From an uncultured Bacilli bacterium (lineage in GTDB: Bacteria; Bacillota_I; Bacilli_A; RF39; UBA660), in NCBI GenBank assembly GCA_944358265.1, contig CALVQR010000003.1:1-57100 (forward strand): a stretch of DNA of 57,100 nt, written 5' to 3'. Made by a program: the position numbers and the translations under genes. Positions 29,873-41,500 of this stretch are shown here, one piece after another; within the stretch, counting starts at the first letter, position 1, and each line of letters begins with the position of its first letter. The notes below the pieces were generated by a model. The model did not search any database, was not told where the DNA came from, and saw only the letters and a program-made list of their open reading frames with translations.

Positions 29873-30383
29873 AAAATATTCCTCCGAATCCACAAAAAAA
29901 GAGTAAAAGACATTTATGTCAATTACTCTTTTCACAAAAAAATGATTTTTGAGGTGAGAAAGGCATTGATTGATGTAAAACATTTAAATCATGATCTCTT
30001 TTGGTTCCCTCCATATTATCACTTCCATACGTAATTTAAATAATATTGCTGTTTATGATAACATTTTTTATTTTATTATTCAATTACATATTTATGTAAT
30101 AAAAAAAGAAACTATATCAATGTTTCTTCATCTCGATAGCTTTCGCTATTATAACAATTATAACATGTATAAATATTTTTTCAAGACCTAAAATTATCTT
30201 TAATAATTCCTTTTTCAATCTTTTCAAAATCTTATTTTTTTCTTTATTTTTTTTAACATGTTGCCTTTATTTACTAGGGTTTTTGCAAAAAACGCTTTTT
30301 TATTTTTTTTATAAATTTATATGTTTTTTATAAATAAAATTAAAAATTAGTGTTACTTTATAATCTTAAATTTTTTTAAAAAA

Positions 30384-30635
30384 CTAAACTTTTTGAAGCA
30401 TTTTGGTGTCTTCGTATACTAATAAATCATCAATTTCGCATTCAAGGACATAGCAAAACTTTGCTAAAATATTTGAATCATACCAAAAACATTCGTTATT
30501 ATAATACTTCTTTACCGTTTCATATCTTATATTTGCATATTTACTCATAGTATTTATAGATATATTTTTTTTATCCATTAAATACTTTAAATTTAGCTTA
30601 ATACTGCCATATTCATTTTTCTTTATAATTTGCAA
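30384..30635 (-). CDS. Cro/C1-type HTH regulator
   Basis: LKYLMDKKNISINTMSKYANIRYETV..LAKFCYVLECEIDDLL; AAGGAGG SD. Confidence 0.85.
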   Translation of the reverse strand: MQIIKKNEYGSIKLNLKYLMDKKNISINTMSKYANIRYETVKKYYNNECFWYDSNILAKFCYVLECEIDDLLVYEDTKMLQKV

Positions 30636-30797
30636 TGCTAGTATCCTCCTTTTATTCTTTTTTTGATACTAGCAAAAAAATGATAGTATCAATCAAATAG
30701 ACTAATACTACCATCTATTCATATTATAAAATTCATACTTATCAAAACGTAGCACTGACTACTTTCTAAGTATATCACAAATTTGAGAATTAATAAA

Positions 30798-31220
30798 TTA
30801 CCTAAGCATATTTAATATTATTTCAGACAAATCATTTACATTATTATTTCTAATAATAACTCTTAATTCATCAAAATATTTTTTAGCTTCTATTCTATTA
30901 TCAAATGATTTTCTTAAAATATTAGAATAAACAATATTATTATCAGATATAGTTATAAATACATCAAAACTATTATTAGCATAAATATTTTTAATATTAA
31001 AGTTATAGCCATTTTTCTCTTCATTATATTCGTTTTCTATCTGATAAATTATTTCATCATCTTGAACAAATAGATTTAGAAGTTTATTTATTTCACCATT
31101 AAATTCAGTATATGATGAGTATTTTTCTTTATTTCTATTTACATTATCCAAAATTTTTTCTTCTTTTTCTATATTTGACTTTTTCAAAAAATTAAATAAT
31201 TCATCAATTTTATACATCAT
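30798..31220 (-). CDS. Hypothetical protein
   Basis: 140-aa ORF with GGGAG SD. Confidence 0.65.
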   Translation of the reverse strand: MMYKIDELFNFLKKSNIEKEEKILDNVNRNKEKYSSYTEFNGEINKLLNLFVQDDEIIYQIENEYNEEKNGYNFNIKNIYANNSFDVFITISDNNIVYSNILRKSFDNRIEAKKYFDELRVIIRNNNVNDLSEIILNMLR

Positions 31221-31305
31221 ACTGCTCCCTAACTATAAAGTAATAATACATAAATATTATATATATACAATAAGTATAAATCAATACTATATTTTAAGGT
31301 AATTT

Positions 31306-31596
31306 TTAACATAAACAAATAAATTTACCAGTGTTTTTTAGTTTATTTTTATGATTTTTATTATAAAATAATAAAGCTTGTTCTATTAATTGTTCAAACA
31401 CTTTATCACTTAGGTACATATTCATGCAACAGTCTCTAATCAAGGATTCAATTCTATATCCTTCTTTATTATCAAATAAATCAAAATGCATTTCAATTTC
31501 AAATATACTTCTTTCGAGAAATTGCTTTTTGGATAATTCTAACGATAAATTTAAATATTTTTTCATTTCTTTAGTATTTTCATTCATATATATCAT
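31306..31596 (-). CDS. Hypothetical protein
   Basis: Overlaps the upstream ORF, suggesting translational coupling. Confidence 0.6.
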   Translation of the reverse strand: MIYMNENTKEMKKYLNLSLELSKKQFLERSIFEIEMHFDLFDNKEGYRIESLIRDCCMNMYLSDKVFEQLIEQALLFYNKNHKNKLKNTGKFICLC

Positions 31597-31912
31597 CTTT
31601 CAATAAAAAATTAATTTTTTCAAATAATAAATTAAAAATTTTTATTTTTTTTAATTTTTGAAATAAATAATATAGAATTCCAAATTCAAGTACACTTAGT
31701 AAGATTGCAACCTCTAAAGCGAGTCCAGGACTAATCATACTCAAACAAAAATTATAAGGAACACCAATAAAATCACAATACGCTTTCCCAATATTATAGT
31801 TCATATATAAAGTAAAAATAACAAATGAAATAATGAATGCGTACATTAAAACTTTTACCATATTTTCCATAACATCACTAAAGTCTAAATACATATTATC
31901 CTCTCCTAACAT
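31580..31912 (-). CDS. Hypothetical two-TM membrane protein
   Basis: AGGAGAGG SD, two hydrophobic segments; divergent from the double-XRE gene. Confidence 0.6.
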   Translation of the reverse strand: MLGEDNMYLDFSDVMENMVKVLMYAFIISFVIFTLYMNYNIGKAYCDFIGVPYNFCLSMISPGLALEVAILLSVLEFGILYYLFQKLKKIKIFNLLFEKINFLLKDDIYE

Positions 31913-31996
31913 TTATTATAACATATTTTAGGTAATTTCCCGACACTTTTTAAATAATTTATTTTTAAATGAGAAAATTATTTAAGAGGTGGTTTA

Positions 31997-32443
31997 ATGA
32001 TTTTCGAGAAAATGAAAGAAATAAGAGAATACTTTGATAAAACACAATTAGAATTAGCAACTTTTCTTAAAGTCAGCAGATCAACTTACGCTGGATGGGA
32101 AAATGGGATAGATTTAATTCCTCTAATAAAACTGAATGAATTTTGTAATTATTTTGACATAAGTCTTGATTATATTTGTGGTTTAAGTAAAACGAAAAAT
32201 TATAAATTATTAAATTTAGAAATTAACAAAAACCTTTTAGCTAAAAATATAAAGTTTATTAGAATTAAAAATAACGATACTCAAGAAAATATTGCTAAAA
32301 TTATAGGTGTTGATCAATCAAATTATTCAAAATATGAATTAGGAAAAATTTTAATAAAAACATATCCTTTAGTCGAATTTGCACGCCACTATAAAATTTC
32401 TATAGACTGGTTATGTGGTAAAATAAAAGACTCAAATATATAA
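31997..32443 (+). CDS. Tandem double-XRE HTH repressor
   Basis: Two HTH_3 units (TQLELATFLKVSRSTYAGWENG; TQENIAKIIGVDQSNYSKYELG), each ending SLDY/SIDW.CG. Confidence 0.88.
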   Translation: MIFEKMKEIREYFDKTQLELATFLKVSRSTYAGWENGIDLIPLIKLNEFCNYFDISLDYICGLSKTKNYKLLNLEINKNLLAKNIKFIRIKNNDTQENIAKIIGVDQSNYSKYELGKILIKTYPLVEFARHYKISIDWLCGKIKDSNI

Positions 32444-32466
32444 ATTAAAGAGTCTTTGTTTATTTA

Positions 32467-33015
32467 TTAATTATTATTTATACATAAATCTAAAATATCT
32501 TGATCAGATATTTTTTTATTATATCTATCATTATATTCACTAATAAAATTATAGATATTATTTATATAGTCATCAACGGTAGAAGCATCTTTTAAAAGTT
32601 TTTCTGCCAAAACATCTATTCCACCTAAGAGATATTGCTCAAAGATTTTGTAACATTCATTTTTTTCTTCTGTTCCAGTACTATATCTAAAAGCATTATC
32701 TAATCTTTGATCAATAGAAAGATTTTCTTTGTTATGAAGTAACATTATTAATTCGTAATTAAAATTTAAAGTCTTTGACTCTCTGTTCATTTGATCAAAG
32801 TTTATTTTTTTTATGTTATCAGTTGCAGGACCTTCTTCATCTTTTTTTGACATTCTGCCATATAAAAATCCAACAATAGGTGCAATTATAAAAACATCAA
32901 CATTACGTTCAAATATTTTGAACTTAGTATCTGTATCAATTTCTGATGTTAATTGAGTAACTATAACTGCATGTCTTCCTTTAAAATTATAATCTCTCTC
33001 AAACATTTTACTCAC
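32467..33015 (-). CDS. Last gene of the defence operon, PbeD/DndE-like by position
   Basis: Overlaps the SMC ATPase stop; assignment from synteny only. Confidence 0.5.
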   Translation of the reverse strand: MSKMFERDYNFKGRHAVIVTQLTSEIDTDTKFKIFERNVDVFIIAPIVGFLYGRMSKKDEEGPATDNIKKINFDQMNRESKTLNFNYELIMLLHNKENLSIDQRLDNAFRYSTGTEEKNECYKIFEQYLLGGIDVLAEKLLKDASTVDDYINNIYNFISEYNDRYNKKISDQDILDLCINNN

Positions 33016-35029
33016 CTACCCTTGTAATTTTACTGTCAACTGGATATTCTTTGTCTCGTAAAGAAACTTCGTACTCTATCCCTATTTTTCCTTGCATTTG
33101 ATTTTTTGCAATATTTCCATCTGAGTCTTTTATGAAAATAATAACTTGTCTTGCAATATTCGGAATTACCTCACAAATATTCTTTATTCTTCTTTGATCA
33201 AACGAAGATAAAGGAGCATCCATTACTAATGGATATTCATCTGTAACAATACTAGATTCATCTGATTTATCGTTAACTTTTTCTTTAGCTAAATTAATTA
33301 CACCAACAATAAATGCAAATATTATTGAATAGCTTTTTGCTGTGTTTGCATCTATATTAGAACTATTCTCTTGTAATTCATTAACATATGAAGTAATTCT
33401 ATACTTTTCATCAATATTTATTGTCATACCACCGGCGTAAATTTGCTTAAACAATTCATTAATTTGATCTTCTAATTTTTCTCTTGTTTTAGCTTCTTGA
33501 AAATCATAAGTTTGCTTAAATTTATTATAGGCAGCCTGTGCATACATAATTTGTTTTTCTATAGATTGATTTTTTTCAATTTTCATTTGTAGTCTGCTTA
33601 TTTCTGCTGCAGCATCCTGTTTTTCTTTTTCTAAAACGCCATTTTGGATTTCCAATCTTTTTAATTGATCATTTAATTCTCGTACAGTATTTTCCATATC
33701 ATTTTGTCGACTTTTCAAGTCTTTTACTTTTGTATTAGAAGATTTTAAAATAGATTTATCTATTTCACCAATTTGATGCTCCAACTCATCTATTTTGTTA
33801 CTACTGACTCTTATAGCACCAAGCAATGATTCCATATTACTTAAATAATTTTCACTTGTTTTAATTAACATTCCAGAACGATCTTGAAATTGATTAATAG
33901 CACCACCTAGAGATTGAGGAGGAATATATTTTAATAAATTCATTAATTCTTGAACCGCTGATGAAGTAGGATCAGTTAAATCACATCCACATAAACATTT
34001 TTTTCTGTTTAACAAATATTTAATGGTTTCATCTCTAACTGCCGGAATCCCTTTATCAACATTATCTGTATTTTTTAATTCTATTAAAGCATCATTGATT
34101 AATTTACGTGATAGAAAAGCGTATGTTTGACGACTAAAATTTGCCATAACTGTTGCAATAGTTTTATTTTTGTGTTCAATTTCTGTTTGTAAATTACTAT
34201 TAAGTATATTTAATTCATGTTGTAATTGTTCAGCTTCTGCATAAGACAATATTTCAGCTTTAGTTTTTTCTATTTCTTTACTATAATAATTTAATTCATT
34301 TTCTATTTTATCTATCTTTTCGCAATTAGATTCAATTTTTTCTGTATTATTATAAACTATCTCTCTTAGTTTTTTTGTCTCACTATCTCCAGCTGAATCA
34401 AGTTGAGAATAATATTTACCTATTACACTGTTTTTAGAGCCTGGGTTTAAATGATCTATTGCTTTAGTTAATGCTGTTAAACCTAAAATGTTTTGTACTG
34501 CCGTTTTAAATTCATCACTTTTTCCACTACTAACTTCTCCAGCCATTTTTTCTATTCTTTCACCATCAAAGAAAAAATATTTTGATAATGACTCAGGTAA
34601 TATATTCGCTATTGTAGATAAATTTTTTAAAGGATTAACAATAATTGTTTGACCATCATTTTGTTTTTGATAAATTTCCAAAGTAGTATTTTCCTGCTTT
34701 AGAAATCCATTAATATCTTTTTTATAAACCTGTTTTCTTATAATGGAATAATTTATACTATTATGTTCAAGATCTAACTTAACACTTACTGTTGATTCCG
34801 TTCCTTCTAACATTTCTTTTTCAACAATGCTATTAAGCATTGATTTATTTTTAAACCCATCAGTTTTTGAATACAATACCCATTGAAACGCTTGTGCCAG
34901 CGTTGTTTTGCCTGCCCCATTTTCAGCCATAACTAAAGTTATATTTTTTTCCTTATCAGTTGAGAATTCTATTGTATGTTCACCCTTGAAAGGTCTGAAA
35001 TTACATAGCGTTAATTTCTTTAACAACAT
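33008..35029 (-). CDS. Rad50/SbcC/DndD-like coiled-coil ABC ATPase (PbeC-like)
   Basis: NFRPF, AENGAGKT, YFFFDGERI, central CLCGC hook, LVMDAPLSSFD. Confidence 0.85.
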   Translation of the reverse strand: MLLKKLTLCNFRPFKGEHTIEFSTDKEKNITLVMAENGAGKTTLAQAFQWVLYSKTDGFKNKSMLNSIVEKEMLEGTESTVSVKLDLEHNSINYSIIRKQVYKKDINGFLKQENTTLEIYQKQNDGQTIIVNPLKNLSTIANILPESLSKYFFFDGERIEKMAGEVSSGKSDEFKTAVQNILGLTALTKAIDHLNPGSKNSVIGKYYSQLDSAGDSETKKLREIVYNNTEKIESNCEKIDKIENELNYYSKEIEKTKAEILSYAEAEQLQHELNILNSNLQTEIEHKNKTIATVMANFSRQTYAFLSRKLINDALIELKNTDNVDKGIPAVRDETIKYLLNRKKCLCGCDLTDPTSSAVQELMNLLKYIPPQSLGGAINQFQDRSGMLIKTSENYLSNMESLLGAIRVSSNKIDELEHQIGEIDKSILKSSNTKVKDLKSRQNDMENTVRELNDQLKRLEIQNGVLEKEKQDAAAEISRLQMKIEKNQSIEKQIMYAQAAYNKFKQTYDFQEAKTREKLEDQINELFKQIYAGGMTINIDEKYRITSYVNELQENSSNIDANTAKSYSIIFAFIVGVINLAKEKVNDKSDESSIVTDEYPLVMDAPLSSFDQRRIKNICEVIPNIARQVIIFIKDSDGNIAKNQMQGKIGIEYEVSLRDKEYPVDSKITRVGE

Positions 35030-35217
35030 TTTATTTCCTCCTCAATAATTTTTTCTATTTTCTTTTTCATTTCATCATCATTTAAATCTCTTGTTTTTAC
35101 GTTATCATTTTCTAAAGTAATAATTGTTTTGACAATTCTATTTAGTTTCTCGCGATCCAAGTTGCTTTGATCAACAAACTGAAATTCTTTTTCATTAATT
35201 TTTTCATCATTAATCAT
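35020..35217 (-). CDS. Small coupled protein, PbeB-like by position
   Basis: 65 aa, overlaps both neighbours, GGAGG SD. Confidence 0.6.
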   Translation of the reverse strand: MINDEKINEKEFQFVDQSNLDREKLNRIVKTIITLENDNVKTRDLNDDEMKKKIEKIIEEEIKCC

Positions 35218-37402
35218 ATATTTCCTCCATTTCTATATCATCTTCATAATTATCATCTTCATTTAATTTATAAGTATCGATGATATCATAAATTAATTTA
35301 TCTGCCTCCATTTTACTCATTGCAAGTCGATTAAATTCTTTCATTCTATTAACTTCATTTCTGACCATCGATTTTTCACATTTTATTTCTTCATAAGTTA
35401 AATTTGCTGCTTCATCTAATGGCCTAGGTAAAGTAATAAAATCATATATAATTGCAAACTCTTTTCCAGGATATTTTCTCAGAACTCTTCCTCTTCTTTG
35501 AATATATTCTTTAGGATTAGTTGTACTAGCCAATATAAATGCAATTTTTATTGCTGGAATATTAACACCTTCATCTAAACATTTAATTGCAACTAATACT
35601 TGTAAAAAATCACCATCAAAAAATTTTCTTCTCAATAAATCTCGTGTATAACTATCTTCTCTAGAAGTAAATTGTGCAACATTCATTCCCATATTTTTTC
35701 CAAGTAATTCCGTGATTGCATCGATTTGTCTCATATCTTCTCCATTTTCATCTTGTTCTGAAATCTTTGTAGCACCACAATATACCAAAATATGATTATC
35801 ATTTTTATAAGGTTTTATTTCTTTAGCGAGTGCATTTACTTTATTAAATGCTCCAGCAATTAATCTTGATCTTTTCTGAGCTAATATTTTCCCTCTATCA
35901 GATAATTTTGTTTTACCATTTTTTTTGATGACACACTTTCCAATTTCTTTTGACAAAGCATGATATTGTTCTAATTCATCATCAGTTAAATACACTATTA
36001 CCGGATAATATTGATATGGAGTTAAAAATCTTTCTCCATTTTTACCCTTAATTGCATCCTCCAATGTAAACTCAATACATTTATCGCCAAAATAATTTAA
36101 TAATGCATTAGTACCTTCTTCATCTCCATGTCTTTCTAAAGTAGCTGATAAAGCAAGACGAAAATTGAATTTATCGCTTAATGTTCGTTTTAAATTTGCT
36201 GCTCCAAAATTATGTGCTTCATCAACAACTAAAAGAACATCACCTCTAATATTATTTATTTGCGTTTGAATGTAATCTGTTGCAAAAGTACTATTTGTAC
36301 ATACGAAGCAAAAGAAATTTCTTACACCTAAATTATAATCCATAATAGCCATTTTAAATCTATTCTTAAAATCTTTTTGTACAGATGAACTATGCCCTAT
36401 GATTGGATTAATATTAAAATTAACAATATCCTCTACCCATTGATTTACTAAATGCTGATATGGGCAAACAATTATAACAGCCAACCTTCCTTTTAAATCT
36501 TTATATAGTTGTGTAATTGCTCCTAATCCCGTAAATGTTTTACCTGTACCCGTAGCCATATCAAAAATACCTTTATATTTTTTTTCTTTCCACGTTTTTA
36601 TTGCTTGCTGTTGATATTCGTGTAATGAAATACCTGCAGGTATTTCTGGCGAATTTGTTACTTTTTTTAATTTTTCAATTGTACCATCAATACGTTTTAT
36701 GTTAAACTCTTTTTTGTCGATTTCCCAATCAACAAAATCCTTTTTAAATGACAATAATTTTTGTTTTACTACCTCTGGAAATTCATATATAACAGCACTT
36801 TCATCAGTATTATTCCATAAATTATCAAAAGCTTTTTGTTTAATTGTAACACGCTCTTTATCATTCCATGAGGTAAAAACATCAACAATTTCGTAATTGT
36901 TAACAAAAGCATTTTCTGATTCATTCATAGATCCAGAGAATGCAACTATATTATTTTCTGAATCATACATTAAACCAAGCTTTTCATGATATAAACCTAA
37001 TTTATCATTTTTCAAAGAAAACGCAATTTTTATATCAAGACGTTCTTGCGCAATTAAAGTTGCTAGTAAATTTAATCTTTCTTCTTCAAAATAATTTTGA
37101 GGTTCTGTTATATATTGTAGTAGCACTCTTTCTATAATATTATCTCTTAATTCATATCCTTTATTTATGGCCTCAATATCCTCTTCAGACAAATTTGGTG
37201 ATGCAATTAATTGAATTTTTCCATTATTATTTATCAAATTAGTTATTCCATAAGAAATTTCTAATAATGATGAGGAAGAGAAAAATCCAACACTCCTCTT
37301 ATATAAAACAGACTCTTTTAATAATGGAATATAAAAATCACTTACAATATTATCTCTAGGGCTTCTATATTCTTTTTTTAAACTAACATCTAATAAACTC
37401 AT
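35210..37402 (-). CDS. PLD-nuclease + SF2 DEAH helicase (PbeA-like phosphorothioation-associated restriction protein)
   Basis: HEK....D......SGSMN PLD motif; MATGTGKT, VDEAHN, LSAT, DEGVNIP, QRRGRVLR. Confidence 0.88.
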   Translation of the reverse strand: MSLLDVSLKKEYRSPRDNIVSDFYIPLLKESVLYKRSVGFFSSSSLLEISYGITNLINNNGKIQLIASPNLSEEDIEAINKGYELRDNIIERVLLQYITEPQNYFEEERLNLLATLIAQERLDIKIAFSLKNDKLGLYHEKLGLMYDSENNIVAFSGSMNESENAFVNNYEIVDVFTSWNDKERVTIKQKAFDNLWNNTDESAVIYEFPEVVKQKLLSFKKDFVDWEIDKKEFNIKRIDGTIEKLKKVTNSPEIPAGISLHEYQQQAIKTWKEKKYKGIFDMATGTGKTFTGLGAITQLYKDLKGRLAVIIVCPYQHLVNQWVEDIVNFNINPIIGHSSSVQKDFKNRFKMAIMDYNLGVRNFFCFVCTNSTFATDYIQTQINNIRGDVLLVVDEAHNFGAANLKRTLSDKFNFRLALSATLERHGDEEGTNALLNYFGDKCIEFTLEDAIKGKNGERFLTPYQYYPVIVYLTDDELEQYHALSKEIGKCVIKKNGKTKLSDRGKILAQKRSRLIAGAFNKVNALAKEIKPYKNDNHILVYCGATKISEQDENGEDMRQIDAITELLGKNMGMNVAQFTSREDSYTRDLLRRKFFDGDFLQVLVAIKCLDEGVNIPAIKIAFILASTTNPKEYIQRRGRVLRKYPGKEFAIIYDFITLPRPLDEAANLTYEEIKCEKSMVRNEVNRMKEFNRLAMSKMEADKLIYDIIDTYKLNEDDNYEDDIEMEEIYD

Positions 37403-37413
37403 ATTGCACCATC

Positions 37414-38541
37414 CTACAAACTATTTAAAGCTTCAATTAGTAAATCAATTTCTTTTTTAGTAGTGAAGAAACTAATACTAATTCTAACAGTTCCATTATA
37501 CACCAAAGAATCTATAAAGTCATGTACCAGCGGTGCACAATGATATCCTGTTCTAACACAAATATCAAATTCATCATCTAAAATCATCCCTACTTCATCA
37601 GAAGAATATCCTTCTATAGCTATAGAAACAATTCCAAAAATATTTTTTTCTCCTGGTGGTAAGAATAATTTAACCTTTTTCACTTTTTTTAAATTATCAA
37701 TTAAATATTGCGTCAACTCAATCTCATGTTCATAAATATTCTGTGACTTTAGCCATCTTATACTTGCAGCTAAACCTCTGATTCCAACAATGTTTGGACT
37801 ACCAGCTTCATATTTATCTGGAATATTATCTGGCATATTTGGATTCATCGTATCAGATCCGGTTCCTCCAAATATATTAGTATTTAATAAATCATCTTTT
37901 AATTTTATAAATCCAGCTATTCCAAACGAAGCATATAATGATTTGTGACCAGCAAAAACAACATAATTTATGGCTATATGATTTTTTATTGGAATAATTC
38001 CAAAGCCTTGTGATGCATCTAATACATTTATTGCATCAAATTTTTTTGCCATTTCAAAAATTTTTTCATATGGTATAATGTATCCAGTAACATTACTAAC
38101 TTGTGATAAAAATATCGCGGCAGGTTTATGCATAACAAATTGATCATTTATCTTCGAAAAATCAGGCATCCAACTATCTTTATCAAACGATAAAATTTCA
38201 ACATTTATTTTTTTTGTTTTTTTTAATTGTTCAAGCGGTCTAATAATTGAGTTGTGTTCAAAAGGACTTACGTAAATATAATCCCCTTCAACTATATCAA
38301 TACCGAATATAATATCATTTAAGGCCTCAGTTGCTGAAGATGTATAAATAACATTACCATTATTCATTCTATTTAAATCCAATATTTCTTGCCTAACTTT
38401 TTCCTTAATTGCAGAGGCTTCTCGTGCACATTTATAACTTCCTCGTCCTGTGTTAAAAGCATTTCTATTTGCTTGTTCCAACTCGGCATATACTTCATCA
38501 GGTTTCGGAAAAGTAGTTGCTGCATTATCTAAATATATCAT
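37414..38541 (-). CDS. PLP-dependent cysteine desulfurase (SspA/DndA role)
   Basis: YLDNAATT, EHNS, DASQ, GHK, RTGYHCA catalytic Cys. Confidence 0.92.
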   Translation of the reverse strand: MIYLDNAATTFPKPDEVYAELEQANRNAFNTGRGSYKCAREASAIKEKVRQEILDLNRMNNGNVIYTSSATEALNDIIFGIDIVEGDYIYVSPFEHNSIIRPLEQLKKTKKINVEILSFDKDSWMPDFSKINDQFVMHKPAAIFLSQVSNVTGYIIPYEKIFEMAKKFDAINVLDASQGFGIIPIKNHIAINYVVFAGHKSLYASFGIAGFIKLKDDLLNTNIFGGTGSDTMNPNMPDNIPDKYEAGSPNIVGIRGLAASIRWLKSQNIYEHEIELTQYLIDNLKKVKKVKLFLPPGEKNIFGIVSIAIEGYSSDEVGMILDDEFDICVRTGYHCAPLVHDFIDSLVYNGTVRISISFFTTKKEIDLLIEALNSL

Positions 38542-38549
38542 ATCTCACC

Positions 38550-41500
38550 TCACATGTATTTTTTTACTATATCAAGTAATACAGTAATTTTTTCTTCTTC
38601 AGTTAATGAATCACCATACTCATCAATAAGTTCTTCAATATTACTTTTCATTGTAGTTCCTATTGCCGATATATCATTAGAACTATTGAAATATTTTTCT
38701 ATCTTCTCATTTCCACTAATTAAAATGATTTTGTTAGCATCATTAGTATCATTTTTTTCAATGTATTTTACCTTTTCTATTACATTTAACAAACCATTTT
38801 CATAGTTATTAATTTCATTAGGTTGCCAATCTTCAATATAATATCCTGTAATAATTTTAGATATTTTTTCTATAATATCAAATTCATCATGTGTAGACAT
38901 AATATTTATATAATCAATTATTTCTTTAGTTTTTAAATCAAAAATTACAGGAGAAGATCCTAGATTATTATCTTTATACCACTCTTTTAATAAAGAATGT
39001 AAACTTCCTTTAAAGTTTTTATCAAATATTGCTTTAGTTTTATCAATTAAAATTACAGAATACTTACTAACAAAGTTATCAAAAGTTTGCTTCATTTTTT
39101 CTATTTCGGAACAAACAACTTCATAGTCATCAGTTTCCAGAATTTCTAATAGTTTAGAATATATAAATTCATTATTATTTATGTCTGGTCTTAAAAGTTC
39201 ATTTTTTATGCTTATATATTTTTCGGATATGTTCATCTCATCTTGTTCTATTCTATATTCTCTTAAAATTCTAGGTAAAGATAATATCCATCTTCTCATT
39301 GATTCAACTAATTTTCTCAAATTAACTCTTTGATTATCTAAATTTGGGATATTAAAAATATATAATAGTTTTGATAAATATTTTATTTTATCTGTTGTTC
39401 CTTTTTCGGTTAAGATAAAATATTTGTCAGGATTTTCATTTATTTTAATTAAATTACCTGCATCTAAATCAATTTCCTTATTCATAAAGTAAATAATAAT
39501 AATGTCCGAATAATTATATAAAGACATGGAAAGCAAAATTGGAATAATTCCTTTCCTTATACTGTAAGGTTTATTTTCTAAAGTATTATATAATTTGCTA
39601 AAACTAATTTTGTTGTTATCACTCTTTTTTATAAATTCATTTATTATATTTAAAATATTACTTATTGATTGGGTATGTTTTTTCTCTACTATTGCCTTAT
39701 AAATCGTAGCCTCTGCACTGGTTTTACTTTTTATCAAACCTTCATCATTATTTAATATAGTTTCAATAACTATATCTCTCGCTCTTTTAATTGGAGCAGA
39801 TAATTCAGCTTTATTAATCATTTCATTGTTTACAACAGGTGTTTCATTATAAATATCAAAACATATATTGGATATGTATGAACTTACATTAATCACATTT
39901 TTATCTATTTTATCTCTGTATATGTATTCTTGGATATTATCTTTTGAAAAATATTGACTTAATAGTTCTTCAAGTACATTAATAATTTCTTTTTTCATTA
40001 ATTCTAATGCTTTTGCAAAATCATCTTTATTACTTTCATTATGTAATAAATAATCAATTGATTTATATTCACTTAATAGAGATGAAATTGTTTTTGGAAA
40101 CAATGTTTTAGGCATTTTTAATACAATTCTGTCATTATTTACATTTTTAAAATGATCTATAATATTTTGTATATTTCTTGAATTTCTTATTAGATTTATT
40201 ATTATTCCATCACAATAATTATTTTCAAAAAGGATGTCTAAATTGTTTATAGATAACAATTCTTCCTCAGACATATAAATATTTGAGAAAAATCTTGTTA
40301 TTTTAAATTCTTCATTATATCTTCTTGGCAAAGTATAATTAATATTCATAATTTCCTTAACAGTATCTTTTATATTTATATTATTAAATTGCGTTTCACT
40401 TATTCTTTTAACCTCTTTGGATAATTTTCTATTATATATAGTAGTAAATTCAAATTCATTAGTTATTTTTTTCCTTTTTATAATGCTCTTATCTATTAAA
40501 CTATTAGTGATTTTTTCAAACTTATTACTTTCTATTGACATTGCTAATTGTATTGTTAAATCGTCAGGAACTAAAAGTTCTGTTTCATTAATCATATAAA
40601 TTACAGCAATAGTTTTTATGACATTTTTTTCGATATCATCAGTACATTTTGCAATTGCATTTTCTGATTTTACCCAAATATCCTTTATAGCTGAATCACT
40701 TTCTTTTTTAAATAACGGTTTAAAATAATCATATATATTATTAACGTTAAATAGACCTGAGTCGTTATTATCGATAAAATACTTCAAACTATTTTGATCA
40801 TCATCAGTTAGAAATGTAAATAGCGTTCTCTCGTTTTGTGCTATTTTCTCAGATAATTGAATTATACAATATACAGTAAGAGGATTTAATGGGAAGCATC
40901 CTTTAAATAATATTTTCTCTATAGAATCATTGTTTTTAAAAATTGGTAATTTTTTGATATTATTATAAAAGTCAATATTAGCATTATAAAAATTATTATA
41001 AAAATCAACGTATCCTTTTTTCTTTCTTAATGCGTAAGAAACAATTTCGTAATTTTGTTCTATACTCCTATTAAAATAAAGCTCTTTAAATCTTCCTTCA
41101 ACTGTTTTAAACGCATTTGCCTTATCATCAGACATATTTTTAGCATACTGGTTCATTGTTTTGTGCGTTATGCAACTTAAATGTATTTGTTCATTTTCAC
41201 CTGTTCTATTTGCCAATTCAGCAAAATCTTGTAACAATTTTAAGTCTTTCATCATATGAGAATTCTCAACATATTCTAAGAATTTACTGAATTCATCAAA
41301 AACAATAAAAATTCCATCATAACCATATTCTTTAATTTCATGTGTCATGTCTTTATAAATTTTAATAATGTCTGAATTAACTAACGGGTTAAACTCCTGC
41401 CCATGTAATATGCAACTATATACATTTTTAAATATTGTATAATATTTTTCTGAATAATTTTTCAATCCATTTTTTAGTTCTTTTAAACTACAGTTATATT

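Noticed and set aside
29873-29983. N-terminal extension of the 190-aa ORF
   Set aside because: It overlaps a terminator hairpin; the GGAGG SD favours ATG 29872.
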